64,000 bases of DNA from Podarcis melisellensis (lineage: Eukaryota), in NCBI GenBank assembly GCA_964234715.1, contig OZ174280.1. The stretch is one strand, 5' to 3'. The notes under the pieces were generated by a model. It saw only the letters and a program-made list of their open reading frames with translations, was not told where the DNA came from and did not search any database. The position numbers and the translations under genes were made by a program. This document shows, piece by piece, positions 38,882-50,662 of the stretch; the first letter of the stretch is position 1; each line of letters starts with the position of its first letter.

Positions 38882-38954
38882 ATGAAACTGCCGAGCTCCG
38901 TGGGACAGAAGAAGATTAAAGCCTTGGAGCAGATGCTGATGGAACTCGGAGTAG
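38882..38954 (+). CDS. DMAP1: DMAP1 exon 9, MKLPSSVGQKKIKALEQMLMELGV
   Basis: ttccag acceptor, G|GTGAGT donor, 73 nt (phase 0 to 1). Confidence 0.96.
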
Positions 38955-39584
38955 GTGAGTAAAGAGGGCAGGTAGAGAGAGAGAGAGACCCATGGAGCAA
39001 AGCCTTTGTAGTCGAGAGGGGCTATTTTTTCCCCCAAGTAATACAGCCAGTTCCTTGAATAACACTATGTGAATGGGTTTGAAAATAAGATCTTATGTGT
39101 TTTGTTAAAAAAAAAGAAGCAGCAGCAGAGGGGTAAAAGCCAGAAGATGATGCACAAGAATATCCCCCCTCAAAAAATTCCTCCCAGTCGAAAAGTATTT
39201 GAACAGAGTCTTTTGTCTCTTTCTCTCTTGTTTGGGTTCTTTAAGCCATCGAGAGTGACAGCCCAGTATTAAGGAGGCAAATCTCTTCGTGCAGGGAGAG
39301 GTACTGTGAAAGGGGTTAGTGGCCATTGTCTGTGAGACTCTGCCTGGCTTTTGTGCTTCCTTGTTGCTCCTCTGGATGGGTCCCACGCGACCTGTGTGGG
39401 GATATGCCTGGCCTGCACTTTTTGGCTAAGGGGCAAAATACAACCCCCCCCCCAGCCTCTCCTGGGTAGGGGAGGCAGTGGACTCCCTGGATTCAGCGAG
39501 AACAGTAATGCTTGGCTTCAGTGGCTTGCTCAGGTTGTGTACTAACGGGGTTGCTCCTCCTTTGAAGAGGAGCTTCTTCTAGAC

Positions 39585-39715
39585 CATCCCAACCTTGGGT
39601 CTCCAGCTGTTTTGGGACTACAACACCCATCATCCCTAGCTAGCAAGACCAGTGGTCAGGGATGATGGGAACTGTAGTTCAAAAACAGCTGGAGACCCAA
39701 GACTGCAAAATACTG
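39585..39715. mobile_element. Palindromic hAT (Charlie-type) MITE (family D)
   Basis: Arms ttgggtctccagctgttttgggactaca / tgtagttcaaaaacagctggagacccaa; 7/8 TSD TTCTAGAC (39577-39584) and ATCTAGAC (39716-39723), the nTCTAGAn target typical of Charlie hATs. Confidence 0.85.
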
Positions 39716-39958
39716 ATCTAGACTGTTCTCACATCCCTGGCTTGGCACAGCAGTGAAGGCTTGGCTGGCAGTGAGTCTGATGCAGGCAAAACTTCCCAGT
39801 TGTGCTACATCTGGGTTAATAAAGGACTCGACTCTTTAATGCTTTCTGCTTTAGCCAGTTTGGACTGAACCAAGACCTACAGAGGAGCATTGGAACAGTC
39901 TGCAGCTGGCAAGGGACAGAGTTCCCTTGCTTAACTTTCTTCCTTTTGCCTCCTCCAG

Positions 39959-40242
39959 ACCTGAGTCCGATGCCGACAGAGGAGATTGTCCAGATGTTCA
40001 ACGAGTTGCGCAGTGATCTGGTGCTGCTATATGAGCTCAAGCAAGCATTCGCAAACTGTGAATATGAGCTGCAGATGTTGCGGCACCGCTATGAGGCATT
40101 GGCCAAAGCGGGTAGCACAGGGCCCAGCACAGATGGTGGCTCACATGCTGATGGACAGTCAGGCTTGTGCACTGAAGAGAGCAAGGGTGACGCAAAGGAG
40201 CAGATCATTGATGTGGTGGGGGCTCCCCTCACACCCAATTCG
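39959..40242 (+). CDS. DMAP1: DMAP1 exon 10, (D)LSPMPTEEIVQMFNELRSDLVLLYELKQA...IIDVVGAPLTPNS
   Basis: ctccag acceptor, TCG|GTGAGT donor, 284 nt. Confidence 0.97.
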
Positions 40243-40335
40243 GTGAGTAGATATTGATGTTGGCATGCCCTTGCACCCCTTTTGGCCTGCTTGAAAAAAT
40301 AACACTGCAAACCAAGACCTTTTAGGGTCACTGGG

Positions 40336-40592
40336 GAATCGTAGAATTGTAGAGACCCAAGGGCCATCTAGTCCAACCCCCTACAATGAAGGACTCTGAT
40401 GGCCATCCAATCTCTGCTTTAAAACCTCAGACAGTCCACCACATCTTGTGGCGGTCTGTTCCACGGTTGAACAGCTCTTACTGTCAGAAAGTTCTTCCTG
40501 ATGCTTAGTCAGAATATCCTTTTCTGCAACTTGAAGCCATTGGTTCAAGTGCTACCCTTCAGAGCAGGAGAAAACAAGCTTGCTCCATCTCC
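40336..40592 (-). mobile_element. CR1 LINE 3' fragment
   Basis: gaatcgtagaat tail, ccatctagtccaaccccct and ctgttccacggttgaacagctcttactgtcagaaagttcttcctgatg are the reverse complement of the CR1 ORF2 end and 3'UTR. Confidence 0.85.
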
Positions 40593-41739
40593 TCTCAGTA
40601 AGGGAGATCCTCTGTCTTTCCGCTCCATGGTTCTATGCCCAAGAAAGTTTTTTCCATTGGAGTAAATAGGATTACTCCAATGACTTGTGCTTAACATGGA
40701 TATGATCAGGTCATTAGTCAGCTGGCCACCAAACCCTTCTTGCTTCCTTGCATAATGGCTGTCCCAGTATGTTGGCACAGCAGTGTGTCAGGATGTTTTT
40801 TTTTTAAAAAATGACTTCTTTTTTTGATATTCAAGTAACTTTCTCTGTAAGCTCTAGAGGTGACATGGAGTTTTGAGTAACCGCTCATTCTTAGAGGCTT
40901 CTCCTACTGAATGGGCTTCACCATACTATTGAGCCCCACATCTCTGTGTCATAAATTCTCACCTGCTTTGGGGGGCGGGGTCAGCAAGCCTCAGTAGCAG
41001 GCCAGTTCAGAATCCTTTTCTTCCTCTAGAGAGTTTTCACTGACTTGTGTCTGTTTGCAAAACATTGCACTTATGTTTCCCTAGTGCTGTTCTTTTCCAA
41101 CTCCATGCTTGGAATAGGAGCAAAAAGAATGAAGGCAGCACCAGGAGGGTTAATGTGACCTGGGCTCTGACATATTTGAAAGAAATATAATCAAGTTAAT
41201 TCACTGCAAGGCAAATTTGGTACCTAAAGGGCCCCCCTGTTAAATACAGCTCTGACCTTTACCGGCTGGTTACACAAAGACGACACAATTAGATTAGTCC
41301 AAGACAAAAGGTCAAGCGCATTCACACTGTGACCACTTTATGCTGTCTTTGGAGGGGAAAGAAATTCCACCCAGCAGGAGGGGGGCATCTCAGGGAGGTT
41401 CACTGTTGCTGCCAAGATGGAGGGGAGGGGCATAAGTATGTGGGGGAGTGGTGTCATTGGGGTGTGTGTGGAATGACACTGCTGCCAATCAGAGAAGCTG
41501 CCCCACTTTCGATGGAGTGTGTGTTTCTCTCCCTGACTTTCAGGGAGCTGATCCTGCTGCTGTGGGAGTTATTTGGGCATAGACCCATTCTGCTCCATGA
41601 CTAAAGCATCCGGAGTATTTTTCCTACTGCCTTTCTATGTATATGACACCACCTGAGTGAACAAGTGGACATTGGCTTAAACAGGTGGTCAGTGAGCAAT
41701 AATTTTCTGCAATTCCCACGTGGGAGCCATTGTTGTTGT

Positions 41740-41915
41740 TGTGGCTAGATTATTGGGGTTGAACATGGGAAGCCTGGGTTCAAATCACTATTTGGCTATG
41801 AAGCTCACCGGTGACCTGGGCAAGGTAGCATCTCTCAGGCTGGTCTACCACATAGAATTGTTGCTAGGTTAAATTGTCATTCTGAGCTCCTGTGTGGAAA
41901 AGTGTGACAAATAAA
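41740..41915 (+). mobile_element. tRNA-derived SINE (Squam3-like), degenerate
   Basis: Box-B-like gggttcaaatc, then atgaagctcac.ggtgacct.gg...tctctcag, and an A-rich tail. Confidence 0.6.
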
Positions 41916-44541
41916 ACACTCTCTAAATGCTTGCAGCTCCAGTAGCATGGCCTTTCCTAATCCATGATATGCATAAAAGACAAGACCACAGAAAAAGCCC
42001 GGCACTGACACGCAGAATGAAGTCTATTAGAACTTTACTCTAGCAGCCAGGGTGATTCTGTAGACTAGAGAACACATAAAATATCATGCCTGTCTCCAAC
42101 AGCTCTTGTTAAGTTCATGGATGCCTGGCATGGAGCTACTATGTATGTAGAGAAACACATCTTGGCTTCACGTTTCACCATGTTCTCTGCATATTAAAAA
42201 GTGCCTTGTTTGGTGTCTTCCAAAAGTTCTAGCTTTCAGTTTTCTGCTCCCTCTCCTGACAGCACCTCCTTCCCAGTAATGAATTTGGAATCCTCCCCAC
42301 TGTATCCTGCATTAGCAACAAACCCACCCACCACATGCTCTCTCATCCCAAATAATATATACAGGCATTTAAACCACCTGTGAATGGCAACCAAATTGCT
42401 GGTCATTGGTGTGGAGCTGAAAGACTACACAGGAACCTTAGAGGAGCAATTGTTCATTCCCCAAAGCTTCTTCAATATTTCACTTGGGGTGCTAGCTCTG
42501 TTACAATGGAAAGTGGACTCTTTTTTGTAATTCTGTAGGAGAGATGGTCTAGCATTCAAGCATCTGCACGTGACACCACTAGGCTTTTAGTGCTACATTT
42601 CCCTCTCACCGCAGGCTGGAAAAAAATAGAAGAGAATATCCACCTTCATAGGCTCAGCTTTTGGCCAGCGGACTGCCAGCCCAGTGCTCCCCAGCCATGG
42701 TTAGTCTGCTGTGGGCATGTCATGATGCCCACTGCTGGCAGCCCACAGTGAAGGGAGCCTTCTCCCCACCCCCACCCCAGAGCATTGCTCTGCTGACCCA
42801 GGAGGGACGCTACTCTGGGCCTTTGCAGGGTGAAAGGTGAGTATAACTTGGGAACAAATTAGTTCCAAGCAGAAGTGCAGCCAGTTACTCCAGATTAGAG
42901 CCTTTGATTTGTGCGACTCAGACTCCACTCGCCCATCCATAATGAGTTGACTCTCCTCAGAATTCCTCACATCAGCGCACTTTGTTCCTGGGCTCACAAG
43001 TCAGCCCATTAATGGGGAAAGGAAAGGACCTTGCCTCTAAGAAGTCTCAGGTTCAGAGTCAGAATCATTTGACTTTTAAGCTGCCTTTATCTGAACTCCT
43101 GCCGGCTCCTTGTTTTCTGAGCCTGCTTGAAAGTGAGAAGTTACATTGTTAACATCAAACATCCTTCCTTCCAGATGGAGTTAGAAAGCTCGCTTGCGCG
43201 TCTATATAAATGTGTATCTGTATCATGATACGTGTGTGTTTTATAATATATATTTTCTCATTTTAAAATCATTCCTTTCCATTAACAGGGAGCCAGGTTC
43301 CCAGGCTCTTGTAAATTACAATGTAGAACATTTTTCCTAACCAGACACTTTCCGTTTTTGCCCACGGCGACGGGCAGAGCCAAGCTAGGGAAGGTGATTA
43401 ATATGAATTTGTGACATATTTGAAAGATGGCTCTTTTGCCATATAAAGATTATCAAACACATGCGCTCATCCCCATTAATTCGGCAGCCTCCCTGGGAAG
43501 CTCTCGGGCCCCCACTCCTTTGTTTCCAGGTTGGGCTGGCTGCTTTAAATGTACCTTTGCTCCTAATTTCCCAAAATTCTAGGTATTGTTTTTCACAGGG
43601 TGCCAGTTAACGAAGTGGTGTGCTTTCCCCACTAATCAAAGCCACTGAAGGCAGTAGGCATGCATTTTCTGCCATGGAGATAGTTGCATCCCCAAGAAGT
43701 GTGGGGGCTTCATTATTAATACAGGCTCTCAATCATTTATGCCTGGAACATTTAAAACAAGGACAGGTGGTGGATGGCAGCCTGTGGTTCCCAAGAGGGC
43801 TCATTTTAATTTTTTTCCTCCATTCACCGTGGACCTGGAAAAGGAAATGGTGGTGGGGTTTTTTGTTTGTTTGTTTGTTTAAATGCCTTTCACTTCCTGC
43901 ATTGGCTTTAAACTGCTAATGTTGCTTGATAATTTCGGTGGATCATTTCTCTTTTTTCTGCATTGCACTCTCTCTCCCAGTTGATCTGTTGAGGAAACTT
44001 CAGGCACATTTAGTACAATTTGCAGACATCCCAACTCTTTGCTAAGTTTTCACTGTGTGCCCTTGGGAGGGGCCTGTGACAGATTTAGGGGTCATGCATC
44101 AGCCAGTGGAATCTGCTAATCCTGTTAAATGCTAATTCACAAGCTTCAGGCAGGCTTGTGGTTACCTCTACTCCTTCCCTTTATGTGTCAAACCTAGAAA
44201 TACTGGTTCCGGAAAGGTCTGCCCCATACCAGGGGGTTTGTATTGGAAGTTTCATCCTCTTTCCTTCCCTTCCTTAGTTTTGTCACTAGTCATTTATAAG
44301 ACCATTTTATGGTGAAAAAACAAGCTTAATGTTGTGCCCCAAAGTTCCTCCAGAGCTTTTAAGTACCAGGCCTGGTCCAGAGTCTTCTCAGGTGTTGTGT
44401 GGTGATTTTCTTCCTGAATTCCTTGTCTGGACACACCCGATACCTTGGGTTCTAGAAAAGGGTTTGTGTTGCATCTAGCACTGAGCTGGATGGTCTGACC
44501 TCTTGTTAACACCTGTCTTTCATTTCTGCTTCTTGGAACAG

Positions 44542-44601
44542 AGAAAGCGCAGGGAATCTGCTTCCAGTTCATCGTCTGTCAAAAAAGTGAAAAAGCCATG
44601 A
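44542..44601 (+). CDS. DMAP1: DMAP1 last coding exon, RKRRESASSSSSVKKVKKP-stop
   Basis: aacag acceptor; matches the DMAP1 C-terminus; TGA at 44599-44601. Summed CDS is 1392 nt = 463 aa + stop. Confidence 0.96.
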   Translation, partial: RKRRESASSSSSVKKVKKP

Positions 44602-45192
44602 ATAGCCTGAAGTTCCAGATCCTGGATGTCGGAGGATCGGGACACTGACTGCAGGGGCAAGATGGCTGCATTTGCCAGTATGTGTACATTATGCTATGGG
44701 ATTCCTGCAGTGACATTGCCCTATCTTGTTCCAGAAAAGGGTGTTGCTGCCCCAGGTAAATGGGTTGGACTTCCTTGCATTAACAGCCTCATACTGGTTG
44801 TTGCTGTGGTGATTGTGTTGTCTTTCCTATGTCTGATTTTTGTAAACTTCCTTGTAAATACAGAATCCATTACCTCTTGTTCCGTAATCTGAATCTAATC
44901 CAGCACTTGTGGGTGGGCAGAAGCACCTGTATGGTGGTAGGAGTTGCTTTTGTCTAGATAGATCTTGAGCTGGAGTAGGCAGGTGCTGGATCACCAGCTA
45001 GATCTTATGGATTAGAATAGTTTTTATGACGCATGTGATGCAGGAGGAGACAGACACACGCCTAAGACTCCCTAGTATAATGCTACACATGATTAACTAT
45101 CTCACAACTGCAAGGAAGACTAAGGTGGTGGTAGCAGAGACTGCAATGCAGAGCTACATGGATAAATTATTTTATTGAAAACTTATCTTTGC

Positions 45193-45198
45193 AATAAA
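45193..45198 (+). terminator. Candidate DMAP1 polyadenylation signal AATAAA
   Basis: First canonical AATAAA I found after the stop (about 590 nt downstream). A variant AATACA near 44857 could be a proximal alternative. Confidence 0.5.
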
Positions 45199-48100
45199 AG
45201 AGACATACCTCAGGCTGCTTTGAACACTGAAGGTCTTCCACCTTTTGCAGTGCCACCATTGAAGCATGGTCTTTTTTATGGTCCTAGTTGGGCACTAATT
45301 CTCACACCACCATCCCATTCCCACTGGAAGACATGCTTGCTTGTTTCTGTCTTATTCTTACAGAATGTTCTTCTGGATGCCCACAAAGTTCCTATTTCCC
45401 TCAGTGTTTCATCTAATTATAGAACAGTTGCTTGACTCATGTGCCCTGCATATGAATTAAACAATAGAGTTGAGGAAAAGAACCCCATACTGTATCTTAG
45501 GTGATGCATTCATTTGTTGCAGGAGGTATTTCCTGCTCTGATGAGAGGGGGTCATGCCTCTGCCAAGATGTTGCCTGCTCTCCATGTATTTTTCTAAGTC
45601 CTTATAGTAAAAATAATTTAGATCTTCCGTTTGATTTAAGCAGTGGCACCTTTTTAGTTAAACAAATTTTCAATATCAATTTAGCGAGCCAATTTAATGC
45701 TGCATCCCTAGTTTTCTCATCTCTCTGGTAGGTGAGGTACCCTCCCATATCTGTTAAGAGTAGCCAGAATTATTCTGTGTTATATTGTGGACATACATAC
45801 CCATACCGAGTGTTGTGGTGAGTTCTTTGTGCTAACATAAAAAAGTAGTTCTACAGACTCTTTTAACAGGACAATCCTGTGTGTGTTTACTTGGAAGGAA
45901 GTTCCATTTTGTTCAGTGTGTTCACGGTTGCCTTTTCCTGTTGTAGCCTGCTGCACGCAGACCAATATCTCTTATACCCTCCAGAGGCAACTTGGTGTGT
46001 GAGAATTGTGTTGATTAGTGACCAATGGAGCAACCAGCTGTAAGCATGCTGGTTTTCCAAGAACCAAGAAGTATCCATTTCTCATTGCTAGACTCAGCTT
46101 CAGCTGTGAAGGTTTGGTTTGGTAGTGTAGGGTTGAATATTCCAAGTCAGTATAATTAAACCTGTGTATACAATTGCAGGAAAAAGCTATGTTTTGCTAT
46201 TAAGTATAGAATTCAGCACCAAGAAGGAAGTTTCTAGCCCATAAGCTTTTACAAAGGTCACCTTGAAAGTGTGTGAGTATCTCTGGTGAGATCTCTGAAG
46301 CCATAGGAGGGCTGAGTAGGACTTCTAGTGATCAGACCGTGGTGTTTTGCATAGCTCTTTACCCTTCCCTAGAGTAGCAAAATAAATTATGCAAAATGAG
46401 CAAATATGTGCACATTTGCATAATGCATACAGGCCATGGAATTCCAGTTTTAATTTTAATTTTGATGGGGTTTTTAGTGCAGAACACAAAGCCCTAGGTA
46501 TAACCCTTGCCCTCAGCAGGAGGAAATTGACTGGCTACGTCTAAGACTTCAGTCGCATGTTCTCCAGTGTGTGGCAGGCAGTGAAGCCAGTGATACCCTC
46601 AAGAAGAGCTAACTGTAAGTAACTTTGGTTTCTCCAGTGTAAAAATATTGAGTGCTAGCCTATGAGGTAGCCCTCCATTCTGGTCTGGAGTTTCTCCAGC
46701 TTAGTGACTCTTTTAATGACTGAATTGTGCTCTTCTCCCCCCACCCCCGCCCAGCCCTTTCAGATATTCATCTTCCATCACAAACATGTTGGAAGAAGAG
46801 CTATGATACTTTTGGCCTGCTGCTGTCAGACCTAACTCATGCTCTACCTTCCCCTTCCCATTTCAAGTGCAACTGGGAATCGATAGTGCATGACAACGCC
46901 CTTTGATTTACATTCTTGCTGGCAGAAAGAAAGGTCAAAGGCCAAGTTCTTCGTTTTCATAGAAAACTAATTAGACGACTCCATCGACACTGAATCAATA
47001 AAACTGATCAGGTGATTACACAGAGGGAGCCATTAAAATCCCTATGACCTTTGATCTCAAGTCCCTAACCTGAGGTGGGAAAGGCTCAGTTATATTCTCT
47101 AGTGCTTGGAGGACAAACCTCTCAAAGTGAGATGGACTGGCCTACAAGGCTTCAGTGGGTGGTAGTGGACACAGGCTTTGCTGACTCTGCTGGTTGTATC
47201 TAGTATGTTCTCATTTCAACCCCTACTGCATGAATGGTCATGTGGATGGAAAGGCATGGCAGACAGACAAAGGGTTGATAAGGCAATTACTTCTGCAGTG
47301 GTGGCATAAAGAGAGAGGTGGCCCTAACTGGAACAGACCCCCTAACTTTTCACTGCTACAATGGGAGGGGAAAGAGCAGAGACCAACACTGAAAGGGGAT
47401 AGTGATTTATTCGGGGCTTTGTCTTAAGCTACGGAGTCAATTAGTATGTTCTCCAAGCAGCTTGCTTTGTTTTCAATCTCCCATTTGTCATTGTTGTCTA
47501 AATCATAAAAGATTGTTCACATTGGTGCATAAGCCATCTTAGGTCATGTAGCACTAAACAAACATTTGGTAATTATTCATTGGCCTTCTGTGTTCAAGTT
47601 TATTTGACTTCTATAAAATGAGTCATGATTTTTTTAACATGTAGCTCCAGGCTTTGCTCTGTTTTACATGGTATATTGTCGTAGCTAACGGAGAGAAAAG
47701 GATGGGAAACTATATAAACTTCAACAGGGGCCAGTATCTAGACCTGAGTATTGCCCTCTGTGAGCACCACTTCTACCTGCAGATTGGGGAGGCTGCATGA
47801 GCCAAAGTGTTCTCCTGTGGCCCAAGCAGCCTATGAACTTTGTGTGCTAAGCATCCTTGATGGTGCAATGAGCTGAGGTGATAAGATGTAAATATTTGGC
47901 TTCTTCAGGGTCCTCCTTTCATTGAGGGGCCCTTCAGTAATGTTAAACAGATGGAACGAAAACATTTTAATGGTGCCCACTGATTGGCAGTGGGTGCAAA
48001 TACCACTTTCAGCAAAACTCAGCTCTACTTGGGAGCTCCAAATCTAAAAGGTGTCAAATACAAGCTCCACTTGCTAAGGAAGAAGCAGTATCAAACTTTA

Positions 48101-49356
48101 AGGTTCCTGCTTCTTCCTTTGCAGCTGTATTTGTGCCTGACATCACATTATGTCAGGTGTGAGGCAGGTGAGTGTGACTTGGACAAAATGGCCCCTGAGG
48201 CCTGATTAGGGCTGTGGGCTGGAGGTTTCCCACCCCTGGTGTAGAGCACAGGGCAGGAGGCTAACTATTGTGAAGGAAAGTATGACCTATTCTCAAGATA
48301 CTTTCCTGGGGAAGAACTAATAAGGAAGCAGCTTTTGTTTTGGCTACAGATGGGAATATGTGGGTGATTTTCTCTCATGAAGGTACATGATACTTGTGTC
48401 ACAAAACAATCCCAGAACGCAAATCCATTTAAGGATGGGAGAAACATCTGTGCAGTTACTGCCAGATTACATGGGCAGTTGAAGAGGTATTGGGAAAAGG
48501 AGTTTACTTAGCTGCATATTTCAGATAAAGCCTCCCCCCGGCCCCACTCCCTTACAGCATACAAGGAGCCAGGTTCCTTTCCCCCAAACTTTATTCATGT
48601 GGCACATTTACAGCAAGGATGGGAATAACGAGCCAATGAGGAGGTCAGGTTGGGTTCAGCTGGAACATCCACACACCATGCATTATTTACCGGTAAGGCC
48701 CAGTGCCTGTATCAGCTCACAGCCTGACTCTTGGTGTGGCTCCCAGGTAGGTGGCAGCTGGAGCCTATCCATCTGGGGATCCATTCAGCAAAAGCTAGGG
48801 CAGAAGGTTTCAGGAAAATACTGAGCTGGGAGAGGGCGATTCATTCTTTATTTCCGTCTTCCCATACTGGACCAAGGTGATGGGAATAGGATAGGAAGAA
48901 TAGGCCACACCTCTCAAAGCAACAAGTCAGTTGCAGCCGTTGTAGGAGGAGGAGGAACTCAGGTGAGCAAAGGGGCAGTAACAGAGATGTCAGTCAATTT
49001 GCAGATCCCTGCTGGGTAATGGGAACACAGCCCCTGCTGGGCTAGCAGTAATGGGCACGTCCACTGCCTGCAATGGACTGCATGCTCCATAGGGGGGCCA
49101 TGCGCAAGTGCAGGGTGGATGCACAGTAGGGTTCCCCATGTTCTGAGGAGGCATGAGCAAGGGATCACAGGGTTCAAGAAATGCAGGACATGGCGATGAG
49201 CATCAGCCAGGATGCTCCTGCCTACGATAACCCCTGCTGAATGGAGCCCCAGGGAGATAGGTGGCTCTTGGTGGGCAGGGAATACAGGCACTTTACCTTG
49301 AACAGAAAGAGCCGAGCTTCCTCAGATCACATACAGAAGGAATCAGAGGGTTAGTG

Positions 49357-49362
49357 TTTATT
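49357..49362 (-). terminator. ERI3 polyadenylation signal AATAAA (TTTATT on +)
   Basis: Canonical hexamer about 550 nt downstream of the ERI3 stop on the - strand, followed by U/GU-containing sequence. Confidence 0.7.
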
Positions 49363-49909
49363 CAAAACAGAAGGGAAGGAGGGAAGAAGCCTGCCGAAGG
49401 GGGAGAGGGGGCTGTCTGGATGCTGCTCAGTCAATATTTAGCTGACACGCAGGAGACACAGTAACAGATTCACACAGGAAAAGGGGAGGGGGGCTTGACC
49501 GCGGTTGTTGCGATATTGGACTCAATAAGGGCGAGTGCCCCAAACATGGCGCCACGGTCTTGCTACAGGCGCAAATATGAGCAGAGAGAGAGAGAAAGAT
49601 GCCAATGGAAATCGGAAGCCAACAAAAGGGAAAACAATCTACGTCTCTAACCATGTGGAGCAAGCGCCCTAGGGGGCTGCAGGCTGGGCCAGGCCGGGCA
49701 GGCAGCCGGCCCCAGAGAGGGAGTCACGTCAGGCCTACACAGAGATTCCAGTTCCATATATACAGCCTCTACTGGCAGAACAGCAAAACTGACGGAGTCG
49801 TGGGTTTGCTCGTTCCTCTGTCCTCTTTCTGTCGTTCGAATGCTCCAGCCCATCACGCCCAGGTAGCAGGAGCCGGCCGCATGCAGCCCTGTCTGGCCGG
49901 CCCCAGAGA

Positions 49910-49992
49910 TCAAAAGGGCTTGGAGGTCTGCTTGAAGATGAACCCTCTGTGAGCCAGTGTCTTCATGATGTTGGCAATGTTCTTGCAGTCAT
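49910..49992 (-). CDS. ERI3: ERI3 (ERI1 exoribonuclease family member 3) last coding exon, (D)DCKNIANIMKTLAHRGFIFKQTSKPF-stop
   Basis: Reverse strand: polypyrimidine tract plus ggcag acceptor, 83 nt ending in TGA. Peptide matches the ERI3 C-terminus (DEDDh Exo III region), and ERI3 is DMAP1's convergent neighbour in human. Confidence 0.95.
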
Positions 49993-50422
49993 CTGCCGGT
50001 CAGAGAAAGAAAGGGTGTGAGAACAGTCATGTTATTCTTCCTCTTATTATTTATTTCATTTCTATACCATTTCATATTTTAAAGAAAAATCTCAAAGTGG
50101 TTTACAGAATATTAAAACATAAATAAAACGATGTTGAATTGGACAGGTACAAAAATGCTTGGAAAAAAGGATCACACACATACCCCATACTTATAAGGCA
50201 GTGCTTTGCTTCTAGAAAAAAAGCTGCCAGTATTGGGTATCCTTGAGTACCCCCAGGAAAAAACCCACTGCTCATAGGCATACAACAATCCACACATAAA
50301 TGCTGACCTTTCGCAGACATATGTGCCCATAAGCATGCATGCATGCAAACACCTCTATGATTCATGCACACCCTAGATGTGCTGTGGTAGTACTGGCAGC
50401 ATGGAATGTGCTTCTTGTCTCT

Positions 50423-50662
50423 GGGCTCGTCCACACTTCTGCTTGTCCCACCACTTTCCCCTGGGAAAACCCGCTCTTTACCACTGAATCGGAGCAAATG
50501 TCAGTCAGGATTTTGGCATGTTGATGTTTGCTCTGATTCAGAGGTAAAGAGTGGGTTTTCCTGGGGAAAGAGGCAAGGCAAATGGTAAGCTGCTCAGAGC
50601 TGTGCCTAAAAAGCATGGGACAAGCAGAAAGCCTCTTGGAAAGCTGAAGTGTGGACGAGCCC
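50423..50662. mobile_element. PIF/Harbinger-like MITE
   Basis: Perfect 17-bp TIR GGGCTCGTCCACACTTC / GAAGTGTGGACGAGCCC and a long internal palindrome; 3-bp TSD not clean. Confidence 0.7.

Noticed and set aside
18072-46401. Identical 17-mer AATTATGCAAAATGAGC at 18072 and 46385
   Set aside because: One AT-rich 17-mer match in 64 kb is not clearly beyond chance, and the flanks do not align.
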